In this document: positions 27,801-40,900 of the stretch, piece by piece
Layout of the letters: every line of letters begins with the position of its first letter
Numbering within the stretch: the first letter of the stretch is position 1
Source: Trichoplax sp. H2
Lineage: Eukaryota
Direction: 5' to 3'
NCBI GenBank assembly: GCA_003344405.1
Contig: NOWV01000213.1
Span: forward strand, 62,001 to 122,365
DNA length: 60,365 nucleotides
Made by a program: the position numbers and the translations under genes
The notes under the pieces: model-generated
Told to the model about the DNA's origin: nothing
What the model saw: only the letters and a program-made list of their open reading frames with translations
The model's database searches: none

Positions 27801-28882
27801 AGGAGATTTGTTACAGGGTAGTAATTACGTTGCACGATGAAGAAATATTTAATCGATAAGAGCTCTAGAGCGGTCATAATTTTTAATCTAATTCATTGAC
27901 CACAGCAAACTTTGACGCTAATAACCGCGTTATAGATTACAATCATAACAATAAACTCAAACGTATTTCAATATCCGCGTTCTAATTGTAATTATAGCTG
28001 TGCCAAATTGCACAATGGAGTAAATCGCGCCGATGAAAACAAAAAAATTCTGCTATGACTAAAATTTATGGAATGCATTCTAATATCACTGCAAACTGTA
28101 CGAACATATTGTCGTCGCCCATCAATATCCATACTATATTAAAAAATTTAAACGAGTATAATCCACCAGTACTATTTGAAAAAGCTATCAAAATGATTCA
28201 CTTGCCACTTGCTAGGTTAACTATATCGTTTATTAACACATGGAGCGTAAGGTACTAGGTTATACGCTTATAAAAAGAATACTCGTATGCGTATGTTTAT
28301 CGCTTATCTAGCTACGGAATAAGGCAATAGTTACCAGATTTATTCAGTCACTTGTTGATTAGCTCTTAATAGCGTAACGATTCTTTAATTCTCAGTAATG
28401 ATATTCACAATGCACTAATAAGGAACAATGAAACAGTGGTATAGCATTTGGCGGAACAATGAAATATCATCGGAATGAAAAAATATCTTTATAGAAAGTT
28501 CGATGGGAATAACAGATGTGTAGAGTATATAATACTTTATCCATATGCCGTAAGCAGTGATTAAAGGTCCTGTATTGTTAATGATAAGCAAATACTAAAT
28601 AATGGGCCTAACGTTATTATTATAGCTTTTATAATTATAATAATTTACTATTGTCCAAAAGATTATCAAAGAATTGTGCTACTGCTCAAGGCCAAACTAG
28701 AAAAACAATAATATTTAACTTACAGTATGCTATAGAAGTTAATCTAGAGAGCAATTTCAACGTTGCAACATTCGTATCGTTCCGCATTGCTAATCTCCAG
28801 CGGTGTTTCCCTTCGCTTTACTAAATTTTGAAAATTGATGGATGCATAAGAAAAATGGACCTGAGGCCGATTTGATATTAAT

Positions 28883-31800
28883 ATGAACGATAAATCATCG
28901 GAACATTCATTTATTCCAACTGTTCCTAATTTTATGCAAATTCATACAAACGAATCATATCAGCAAGATGATCATCATCTAACGGAGTCTACCAGTAAAA
29001 AATTTACAGAACCTATCTCTGTCGACTCTATAAATTGTCAAGACACTGATCAATCTCAAATTAAGAAATGCTATACATCGGCTAATGAATTTATAAAATA
29101 TCAAAATGGTAAGTGCCCTTGATAATATAGGGATTTCTCGATCCTGAATTAGACCTAAATAGGATATATGTTTCTATAGTTTTGCAGTGAGGCTATTTAG
29201 GTCAATAGTTATTAAAGGATATTACCCTTCCTGGCAGTAATATGTTCAAATAGACCAAATAGTTATCTGGAAATATTAGATTAGAAAGTTGCAGGATAAA
29301 AACAGAAAATGGGTAGCAAGGAGCAGCCTTAAGCTTAGCTTTAAATTTGTCTTAGTTAATGTTTATTAACAGTAAGTATCGGCAATAATGGAATGATTGC
29401 CTCGAAAGCAATCTACCTTCAGTATTACATTTAAAGATTGACCGAAGCACGATGGCTACACCACTCACCTGTATAGAAAGAACGATCAATAACTATTCTA
29501 TTCAATAATTGTATTAAATTAGCACTATATGTAACAATCTGAACTGTAAGTAAAAATTGCGTAAAAGTAGCGTTAAATAATTAAGGCCAAACTTTCAGCT
29601 TATACGTATGCGAATTTTTTGTTCCATTATGTAGTGATTCGCTTTTGCCCTTGCTAATGATCAGTAATGATATTCTGATTGATTTCGCCGAATTTGAGTG
29701 AAAGGAATCATTAAACAAAAAATTCTAACTAAAATATTTGGGGCACGATATTTTTTAATAGTTTTGTGTATATGCTGTATCGAAGTTTATTAAGTAACTC
29801 AAGATTTGGTAATGTGGCAAAAGGGTGATATCTACCAATATAACTAAACTTCATTGCAAGATATTAAAAATCAGTTCTTATTCACAGGAAGACGGTTAAT
29901 AAAATACGTCGCATCTATTCTGATGCGAATTTGATTTGTAACAGCTTTCTGGTGTACTTTGTCTGATAATAATCAAACCGATATCTGTATCTTTTAAAGT
30001 TATGATGTTCTCATATTAACCTTTTAAACCATTAATTTACGTAAAAATTTATAGGATCCCAAGCCACCCGAGTCAGAAACAATGGATGCCAAATTGAAGA
30101 TAACAATACTGATGGTAAGTGTCCGCACAATAGCGTATCTTAAACAATTTTAATCAGAGTAAGTAATTTGAATCAATTTATGCATATGGTTTTTTATATC
30201 ATGAAATAATGTACCATGGAATATGTATTAATGATTTAATAACTTATGGTACAGATGCAAGCAATAACTTTCATGAAATAGCAAAAAGTATCTATCAGAA
30301 TCGGGCTGACCATTCACCAATTTTAGATTACTGTACTGAAAAAGGTAATTATAACTTTTGCTATAAGAGAAGTTAATAGGAAAATAATGTAAAACTTAAT
30401 GCCTTATAAGAAAAACCAATTTAATTATAATATTAGCGAGCTATTAGAGAAATATATATTTTATATTTAACCAAACTGTTGTTAACCACAGCGCTACGCT
30501 TTTAAGACTTACGACTTCGCTATTAGCTAAGGATGCATAATGCAAATTAGAGAATTTTGCATGTACTGATAACTGAGGCTCTATTAAATTTCTAGAAAGT
30601 GATCTGGAATTAATTTTGGCTGATTGTGATATTCACGAAATAATTAGCGACATTTTGCCCGATTACTGGACCGATATTGACGTATTCAATGAACTCACTA
30701 AGTACATTCGGAATGAATTGGTTATTTCTGTACAAGAACAGCTGGTGTCTTTAAAATCTTTAACCCAACAAAGAGATGAAATATATGTTTTAATATTGCT
30801 AAGATGCATAGGCCAGTTACAATTTTATAAGTTAGTCTCCACTTTGATTGCAAGTTCACTAGAAAAGGTCAAGGCAATCGGTTACCAGCTACAGCGACGT
30901 GCAGTACTAAGGCTTAACGAGCGATATGAAGGTATGTCTACAGATTACTTTATTCACCAATTATATTTATGTATTACTCTTAGTTCATTCAGAATCTTAT
31001 CACTTTCGGAACAATCTCCATCTTAGCTAATCTCACTTGATACATTCACGATATAGATCAAAAAATAAACATTACGTGAATTATATTAATACTATATATT
31101 TTATGCAGTTGTGACCAAATATCCCAATGTGAAATTTCTATGCAAAGCTGATAAAGATAATATCATTAAAATGGATACCTTATCTGGCTTCGAATTAATA
31201 ATCCCAGCAAAATGTCTACAAACAGACACAGAGATCATGGTAACTGTTTATTATGCAGATTCTTTATATGCCTATGGCATTAAAAATATTAATGTAACGT
31301 TGCTATCCCCAATAATCAGGATTGAACCTAATAATTTACAGTTTATAATAAATGATAAATACCCGACTTTACAACTACCAGTTCTTCAGTCCATGCAATT
31401 GAAACCAACTAATTTGCCTAAGTCTGAGCAGAAAAATTCAATACAACTATACCATGGAACGAGTCTATATATAGAATGGTCAGCTAAAAATTTAAAAAAT
31501 GCTTTAATAAACATAGAAGAAGACCATAATCTTTTCAAAATCAATCATTGTGGATTTTTCTGCGCTGTAATAAACCAACCAAAACCTCTATTTGACGAAT
31601 CTGCTGTTTCTAGTCAGCCTTTTGTTGATCTTACATTACAACAGCAAATCGATTTTCAGGTATTTTTGTCCATTACGACCAAAGGGACAGCTTTTGTGGA
31701 CATAGTTATTACACGAAAAGGCATTAAATACCAACCTAACCGGCTTAAAACGATTAAATTACATGAATTAGTAAATGATATGGAAGATGTTACTCGCTTA

Positions 31801-32568
31801 AGGAATGGTTATTATCAGATTAAATTTCTGTCCAGTTATCTGATTCATAATTCAGTTGATTCAAGAGATAAGATTAAGGATATCTGCATTAACTGGAATG
31901 CTAGAAATAGCTATGTGATTTCCTATCGATGTCAACTTTCTGATACAGTCAATTTTCCTGGTGATCTTTGTCAAATAATTGTTCAAAGCAAAGGAATAAA
32001 TTGCCGGCCAATTGAGGCTTTGTCAAGTTTTATATTTTTAGTAAGTTAAAGTATTACAAGCTCGGTTCAAGATTTATATTGGTTTTAAACTCGATTTGTT
32101 TATTCCATGGAATCGACAGTAATTTTTTTCAATAATTCAATTTTACAGCCAGATGGATTGGATGAAAAAGACTTACAAAAGTTCTTAGCCACAGGTAATT
32201 TATATATTTTCGTGTAGTGATATGTTTTTATTGAAAACAATTTGCTAAAGTGGAGTCATACTATTCAGTACCGTTCAATTCATATTAAATAAGTTATGAT
32301 TTAATGCAATAAAATAGTGAGCTATTTTAATATCGTAATAGACTAATAAATTTTCTAGATATATCTATATAAAGATATATAAATGCGCTATTTTTAAAAC
32401 AACTTTCGTAGACACTACAGTAATATTAGTTCGTGGTGTTATTTTATGAAAGTAAACCAGTTGCAATTTAGCATAATGATTACATAATAAAGGACTGGAT
32501 AATGCAACTTTATTACTAGAATAATTTAGAATGCTACGCTTTTACTATTTTATTTAGAAACTGATTAA
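28883..32568 (+). CDS. Gene D: polar N-terminus - CARD-like - ZU5-like - UPA-like protein (~566 aa); paralog of gene A
   Basis: Exons 28883-29108, 30055-30114, 30255-30344, 30596-30931, 31109-32040, 32149-32194 and 32558-32568; GT-AG introns, phases 1,1,1,1,0,1; 1701 nt in frame. It shares long identical stretches with gene A, e.g. 'NGYYQIKFLSSYLIHNSVDS' and 'LLSPIIRIEP'. Confidence 0.82.
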
Positions 32569-35500
32569 GAGATATCGCAAGAAATTGGTTCTGAAGATTA
32601 TTAGCAATGTCTAAATCACAGGATTAGAATAATAAATCTTAACCCTATCCCTAATCTTTTCAATTTGTTTTCAGTATTTGCATTTATTTATTCGATTTTA
32701 GCATTACTAATATTGATCTGATACACTTTTATAGTAAGGTAGAAAGCGGCCAATATCACTTTTTATGTCTGAAAACTACGTAATCCTCCTTCTTCATTGC
32801 ATTATAAATACTATGATTTTCGTAAAGTATTTTTCTCCGACTTCTTATATTTTTGTTGGCTATTTCTATAATTACGGTAATAAATTCTCAACATTCTCCC
32901 AGCAATTGACCATTTTAAATAATTAACAATTTTGGAATCTTTCTACTCATTTAATTATACGGTAGCAGAATTATGGAATTTTACTTCAAAGTAAAGTTTC
33001 TGTCATATCTGATCATTGCAAACGACCATAACGAATTAACCAAAATGAAAACTACTATCATTTTAGAATAATCATAAATAGTGCTTAACAATATTTTAAA
33101 CAAACTTTTACTTAAGCAAGCTGTTTGATCACTTATTAATTGCTAATATTATAACTAATACTCAATACTGTTTGTGTCTTATAATTTTGGTAGTTTGTCC
33201 TTGTATTTGCTATGTTGTTTTCTACTACAATATTCAACATGTCCAAAATAGGAATAATATAATTTGTGAATTAATTTTTGAATCATTCCAATTCTCGTCA
33301 ACTCTAAAGAGTAGTAAATGCACTTAATGTACTTTACAGATTCTTTTGTCGCAAAATGAAATAATACGGTATCGCAAGAATGTATTTGATATCATCTTGC
33401 GTGGCTAATCTATATTAAAAATTTTGAGATTACAAGAGTCTAGTTAGAACAAAATCTGGTATTTCTAATTTAGCGCCTATAATTAATTAGACAAGTACTT
33501 ACCAATTCAAATTATTTCAATCCTAGTATACTGCTCATGTACTCAAATTTGTAAGCATTAACAGTACGATAAGTTTATTAATTTATTGAACGCTCTCAAC
33601 GATTCACAGTAGATAATAAAGCTATATGTTGTAGTTGTTAATATTGTGAAATTTATCGATATGCTATTATTATTAGTGAGTTGTTCATGTTACTATTACT
33701 GAAATTGATAGTTGTTGTAATTTAAATTATCAACTAGAAAGTAGACCAAAGAATTTAATCGTGTAAGTAAAAGTAATTACTTTGACACGGTGAGAATATC
33801 CATTGACATCATGTATTGCGTTATTAAGTATCTTATGGTCTTGCTCCAGCACAGTTAATACAGTAGGTATTGTATGTATGTAATGGCCAAATAAGTCATT
33901 TACGGAAATTTTCAATGATAGTTTTTGAATTTAAGATAGTCTTTGCAACTGAGATTTATCAATTTAAAGTTTATGAAATAATATTTAAACGCAATTTATA
34001 TACTTCTTTTTTAAATAGCGAAGTTTATTGTATAGCTTCAACTTTCATTTAAAAGGCTCTGGCGAGCGTAGTAAGGACAAATAATATTATGATTATAAGC
34101 AATAATTGATAGCACGGTAATGATAATTAATGGGTAAAGGACAATATTTGTGGATAACAGTTCCATTATGAATTTGAAAGTAATTTTAGATAATTAGAAT
34201 ATTGCAATCGGAAGGATAGCATCTGCTTAGCATTTTATACTGGTAGGGATATGAACAATTACATATTACAATGACGACAGTTATCGCTTTGTAGCGCAAT
34301 GATAATGCGATCGATTTTAAGACATCATAACTTGTGTATTTTAAGATTGTAGATGGCAGAATGGATATACATATATATTAGAGTAGATTTTTGGATTGTT
34401 ATTGATAGCATGGATCATTTTGAATTTTAATTTTATAGCTGAGTAAAATCATTTTGAGGATATGATAATAGTTATTGTAATACCAGCAATTTATGCACAC
34501 TTCAATTGTAACAGTTCATACCAGACCACGCCAGAATTAATTTAGAGTGCAGGAATATTGATTTAGGATTGCCAATTCATTAATGAGAGCCATTTAAATG
34601 TCTTGTTACCATACCGAGTACCACCATTGCTATCCTAAAGACTGATATTTTAAAGAATAATTCGTTAGCATAATATTCAGATAGAAAATAGAATCTGACA
34701 AAGTAATATAGAGTACATCATAATTTAAACTTTCGAATCATTCTATGATCGTGTGATTTAGACCAGACTTTCTTTAATAATATAATTATAAATATTCGTA
34801 TGTACAGTGATGCAGAAAGGTATATTACATCGATTGCTACTGAAGTTGCTGAAACTTGCTTTAGACCAAGATTACTATAAGTAACGCTGAGTAGGGTCTA
34901 AATACTACTTCACTGACTAGAATGTAATTACCCCAATGATCAAGAGATCTAACTGTTTAATGGAGTAAATAGTAGCGTGCCGTATTAATGCATAGATAGT
35001 TTAGTGGGATAATTTTAATTACAATAGGAGTGCAACGTAACACTTGCAATTCCATGTCGATAAGGCAGCCACTAATAGATCTACAAGTAACTCTATCGTT
35101 TTTAAATAACACCGCTTAAGACGTAACATTTTATTTCTGATTTATTGCTTGATTACTAACATTGGCCATCAATGGGTAGATTTGCTCTATTAATGCAAGG
35201 ATTTATTTATTGAAAACGATATCGCAATCATAATAGTTTGACATTTGATCAACATCATTAAAGGCAATTTGAATGAAATTTCAACTCATTTTTCGTGTAA
35301 ATCCATGAAATGAAAGTGACGGTATATACAGCTGAAATCACAGGAATCCTTCTCAATTTATCGATTGTATAGGAGCCATGCTGCTGTTTACTTATACCGG
35401 TTGATTTTTAGCAGCTAAACTTAACTTATTCCCTATTAATGAATATTATTAATCATCATAAGGTTATCGCCTTAGCCATTGATGCCATAATGATCCTCAT

Positions 35501-36700
35501 TATTCAATACCATTAGTTAGAATATTATAAGATGCTACAAGAGTATAGCGAAAAATGGAAGGTAGAGTTGTTTAACAACGTCTTATCATCTTCATATATC
35601 AAGATATTTTACTAAATCTTGCACTAAAAGAGAGGATTTCTTACCCCTCCACTTTTTAGCAGTTAGACTTTTTCTACTGACTGGAACACAAATCATTCAT
35701 CCTAAGATTTCTAGTATCGTTCATTCAATGTCATGATGACCATGATATCCATACTATAAAGTACAGCTCCTTGCTCCTGCCAATTAGCCTATCCTAAATA
35801 TTTTAAATATTTCAATGGTCATGATTTTTGACTAGTAGCTATCCCCTCCTTAAGTCAAGAATTTAAAGCTCTTCTTATTGTACCTAGGTGGAAGCCGTCA
35901 TGAAATTGAATTCTTGTCCCCAAATTCCCGTCAAAAGCTCATTCTCCTCCAAGGTGGTATAAGGAGTTCTATCTATGAGAATTAAGACTCTATTCTCAAC
36001 GGTTAATTATCTTGTACCCTTCCTCATTGTCGGCTATACAAGTCTTTATTATAGCTACTAATCCACGAGAACGACAATCAATAGTGCCATGATGACAATA
36101 GCCAAGAATCATTTTTTTTCTCGCCTCTCCCAGATAATGGAGCTTAGCACCATGTCGTTCTTGGCGATTTGATGTCTATTATGTATATCAATAAATTATA
36201 TAATTGAGCGGGATATATTCTAGTATATCTAATTACTCACCATCACATTATAATAAGCAATCGCACGTGATTGGCCACTATTGCAAGCAGCAAGGTGAAA
36301 AAATTTTCTCATGTATCTACTCTTCGTTTCTATTGATAATCACTCATGGAATGAACACAGGACATGAGCAACTGCAAGCTAATCAATCAATCTTTATTCC
36401 CTTCACCACGAATTAACAATCATTTCTCGCAAAACTCTTTCCTCCACAGGAATGACAAGAGAGAACTTCTCATAGAGAAGCTTGTGCTAGCGGGAGCAAT
36501 CGACTGATAATGGTTGCTATGGGCTACCGCGAGTTGGCAAGGAACAAGGACCCCATCTGCGCATGTGTAAATCCTGCTGCATCTACCGTTGGACGGACCT
36601 CATCGACTGGGTGGAAGCAGGAAAACCAACGAGGCCAAGAAAAAATTTTTCACAACGCTATTCCGTTTAATTTGGACGAGTAAACCGTCTTCCAACGTTA

Positions 36701-36740
36701 ATGGGAAGGAAGATTTCTACTCAAGGACAAGAGAAAGAAA
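36701..36740 (+). other. Putative 5' leader exon end of gene E with a short upstream ORF
   Basis: GC-richer segment ending in a strong donor aaa|gtaagt at 36741. A strong acceptor ttccatctgtgtttag ends at 37868, just before ATG 37920. ATG 36701 spliced this way reads MGRKISTQGQEKEK*. Confidence 0.35.
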
Positions 36741-37919
36741 GTAAGTTGCGTATTGAACTCTTAGGTTGTCGAATTAGATCGGTATTTGGCGTCCATTGAT
36801 TGATTGAGTAGCGGATTGTTGCATTCGTTTACTACTTTTACGCCTTGGTGGGGCTTAGCAGTCTGCTTGCAAATCTTGAATGCATGATAGCCTTTGGATA
36901 GGCCTTGCTCGAGTAAATTTAATGTGCCATTACAGTTGGAAAAAGTCTTTTAATGTTCTAATATACTAACTGTCAAAGTTTAGTTACAGATACTATAGGA
37001 TAGAACTCCATTAATGTGTGCTATAAGTGACTTATGCTGCACTATTTTTTAAATTTCATGGCTCATGATGGGCTTCCATTTCAAGTTTGAGTAGCGTGTG
37101 GGTTCCCTTGCACTTAACTGCCTCTTTATGCATGATTGGCCTCGATCGAACCAGTTCAAATTGCCATTGAAGTTGAAATAAATCGTTTAGCAGTACGGTG
37201 TACTAGAGTTACAGGCAATCTTAGATTTGAGTAACGAGTAGGTCTCCTTACATTTAGCAGTCACGGTGGGCACGATTGCGATCATGTTACAAATTACAAT
37301 CGATCGTTACGCGATATGCCAGCATGATGGCAGTAGTTTGCAATCCTTTGCTGGTAAACCATTATAGAATACTTTCTAAGCAATAAACAGTCCCCTGACG
37401 TACAGTAACGTATAGTAGCAGTATTTGCATTACCTTGTTATTAGACTAAAATAGAATGCTTCTTTACGATGAGCAGTTGCCCGATGTATGATAGGCCTCA
37501 CACGAAGAAATTGAAGTTATAAGTGTAGTTAAAAATCATTTTGGTAGTACTGTACTGTATACTAAAGTTACAGATACGACAGAACAAATTCTATCTACCT
37601 CAATAAGTAACTTGCATGGATTCTCCAGTGAAAATTGTGCGTACTTCATCCCATGTTGTGTAGCGTGTACATCTTCTCACATGTAGCTGCATATAATTGA
37701 CCACGATTGTACAAATTCAAGTTCTAATTCCTATTGGAGTAATCAGTTAACCTCTTAATACTTTATTAGTAACCTGTACAGATTCTTCATGCTTGCGATT
37801 TATACCATACTTAACTTCAATCCTTGGGACACTGTAAATCGTACTTATTTCTTTCCATCTGTGTTTAGAGTAAAAGCTGCAATTGAACTGATATAATTTT
37901 AAGTTTCATTGGTAGCAGC

Positions 37920-40900
37920 ATGGCAGAGGCTGTAATTCAACAGCGCAATTCTATTCTTGCTACTGCGAATCCACGATTTGTCAGAGGATACTATCAGCAA
38001 TGTTTGACCCTCTACGATCAAGCTCTACAATGTACCTTAACCTTACAGCAATTGCTAAACGATGATGATAACAATGACATCTGTAATCAAGCTTTATGTG
38101 ATGATTATTTAAACTTATCCAAAACCTATTGTCGTCAACATCGTTATGATAAAGCACGCAGTTATTGCGATCAGTCGCAGACCTTAGCAGTCAAGTTAAA
38201 TGATAAACTACGTGTGGCTCATAGCCTTGATGCTTTTGGTAACATTAAGAAAGAAATAGGCCAATATGAGGATGCACTCAATGATTTTGAAGCTGCGTTG
38301 AAATTAAAATTAGAACTGAAAGGGAAAGATAGCCAAGATGTTGCTCTATCCTACAGTTATATTGGTAATACGTATTCTATCATTGGAAAATTAGATGAAG
38401 CTAAGGAATCGCTATACAAGGTTATCGATCGTGACAAACACGTCTTACGCTTGGGGAATACTGTTACAAGTGTTGAATTAGTAGAGTCATTTAATGTGCT
38501 TGGATTTGTCTATTGTCTACAACGTAGATTTAGTCTATCGATGCTAATGCATAAGAAATGTCTCAAGTTGATCATGAGCCTGCTGAAAGATGATACCGCC
38601 AGCTTGGATCTTGCTCTGTGCTATGGCCATATAGGCATGATGTATAGCTTACAAGATAGCTTTATTGAATCTACTTCGTGTCATGATAAAGCGATGAAAA
38701 TGGCGCTATCGATAGCAGGCGAGAAATGTGTCGAAGTGGCACGAATTTTTATATGGAAAGCCAAACTTAGTCAATCGAAAGGTGATGTTGGTGAAGCCAT
38801 AAAGTATATGAAGAAAGCTCTAAAGATTCAAACGGATATATTAGGAAAGAAACATGTTCTAATTTCTGATGCCCATGACTTATTAGGTACACTGTATATG
38901 TCGCATGGGAAACTAGATGATTCGTTCACGTCTCTATTTATATCACTAAATATTCGACAGGAAATACTTGGAGAAAATTGCTTGCCTGTTGCAACAGTAT
39001 ATGTATCAATAGGAAACATTTTCTTTCTAAAATCAAGCTATCTAGATGCTTTAATGTACTACCGTAAGTCATTAGACATCCAATTAGATATTTTAGGCGA
39101 TAATAGTTTAGATGTTGCGTCGTCTTATCATAACTTGGGCAATGTATACGTGTCACTTGGGGACCCTGATGAGGCCTTACCTGCATACCAAAAATCTTTA
39201 GAGATTTTAATCCGACTTTTAGGAGAAGATCATATTGATGTTGCAGCTACTTATGAAGATCTGGGCCGATTTTTCGATAGACAACAAAAGTATGCTGAAG
39301 CACTACCCATGTTTCAAGCAGCGTTAAATAAACAAGTAGCCATTTTTGGCGATTCGAACGTTATTGTAGCTGGCTTATATGGCAAGGTAGGCGAAGTTCA
39401 TCATCATTTAAACCAGGATGAAGAAGCTTTGCCTTTATATCGAAAGTCATTAGAGATATTTCAAAAATTTGGGGCGGAAAGCTATGGAGCTGTTGCGAAG
39501 ACCCACAAATGCATCGCCGATAGTTATTATAATTTAAAGATGTACAACGATGCTTTAGATCAATACAAACGCGCATTGTCAGTTAGGACCAAAGTTACAG
39601 GCGAATGCCATGTTGACGTAAATGAATTACGAGAAAAAATCGCTGCCATCTACAACAAGCAAAATAGATATGGCGATGCTATAGAAATGCATCAAAAAGC
39701 ACTTGTCGCTAAAATAGCGCTGCTTGGAGAAGATCATCTCGAAATCGCTGAAATACATGATACAATAGGTGGTCTTTACAGTTTACAAAATAAATTTGAA
39801 GATGCGCGTTCAGCATTCGACAAAGCTTTAAGCATTCGTAAAAGCAAAAAAGGAGAAAAGAGTCTAGATGTAGCTTTAACGTATGACCGCATTGCTACAA
39901 TTGATATACAACTTAAATCGTATGACGATGCCTTAAAGTTGCTTGAAAAATCGTTAGCAATTCGAAAGGATATCCTCGGTGAAGACACTTTAGAAGTTGC
40001 TAGTTCTTATTCTCACATAGCTGCTGCTTATAAATGTCAAAACAAGTTTGAAAATGCTTTGTCCTATCTTGAAAAGGGATTAGCTATTAAATTACAGAAA
40101 GTGGGTGAAACTAGTGTCGAAGTTGCTGAATCATACAACAACATTGCCACCATTTACCAATATCAAAAACTATATGACATGTCATTGGTCTTGTTTAAAA
40201 GAAGCTTAGCAATTTTGATCAATCTGCTAGGTGAAGATACGTTGGAAGTGACTTCAGCAATTAACAATATTGCTAAAATTTATCAATTCCAGGGGAAAAT
40301 GGAAAATGCAGTATCAATGTTTGAAAAATCGTTATCAATTCGTATCAAATTAATGGGAGATTATGATCTAAATGTTGCCGATTCCTATAATAGCATTGGA
40401 TATAGCTACTTAAAGCAGCATCGATACGATGAAGCGTTATTGAATTATGAAAAAGTCTTAGTAATTCGACAAAGTATCCTTGGAGAAGATTCTTTCGATG
40501 TTGCAAATGCCTGTAATAATATAGGCTATGTCTATCAATCGAACAGTAAGTATCAAGATGCACTAGAGAAATTTATGAAAGCATTGTCTATTCAGAGAAA
40601 CATCACAGGTGCCAATGGGCTAGATGTAGGTATTTCTTATCGAAACATTGGGAGAATTCATGACAAACAACACAATTACAAGTACGCTGGACTGTTATTT
40701 CAGAAATCATTAACAATTCAAATTGAAACCTATAAAACACATCATTTAGGTATTTGTGAAGGTTATTACGATGTTGGTAGGAATTTGGCACTACAATATC
40801 GTTTTGTTGAAGGCATTGAAAAGTATCAGAAATCGTTAACTGTGGCTATTTTACTTTGTGGTGAAAATAATGTTTATGCAGCATTAACGTTTAATGATAT

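Noticed and set aside
32569..32640. 'EISQEIGSEDY' after the gene D stop, resembling a Death domain start
   Set aside because: Too short, interrupted by stops and not mirrored in gene A.
33700..34700. Possible decayed class-A GPCR fragments on the minus strand ('KISVNDL...IPTVL...DVNGY')
   Set aside because: The hydrophobic fragments are out of order and lack intact DRY/NPxxY motifs. I cannot distinguish them from AT-rich noise without a BLASTx search.
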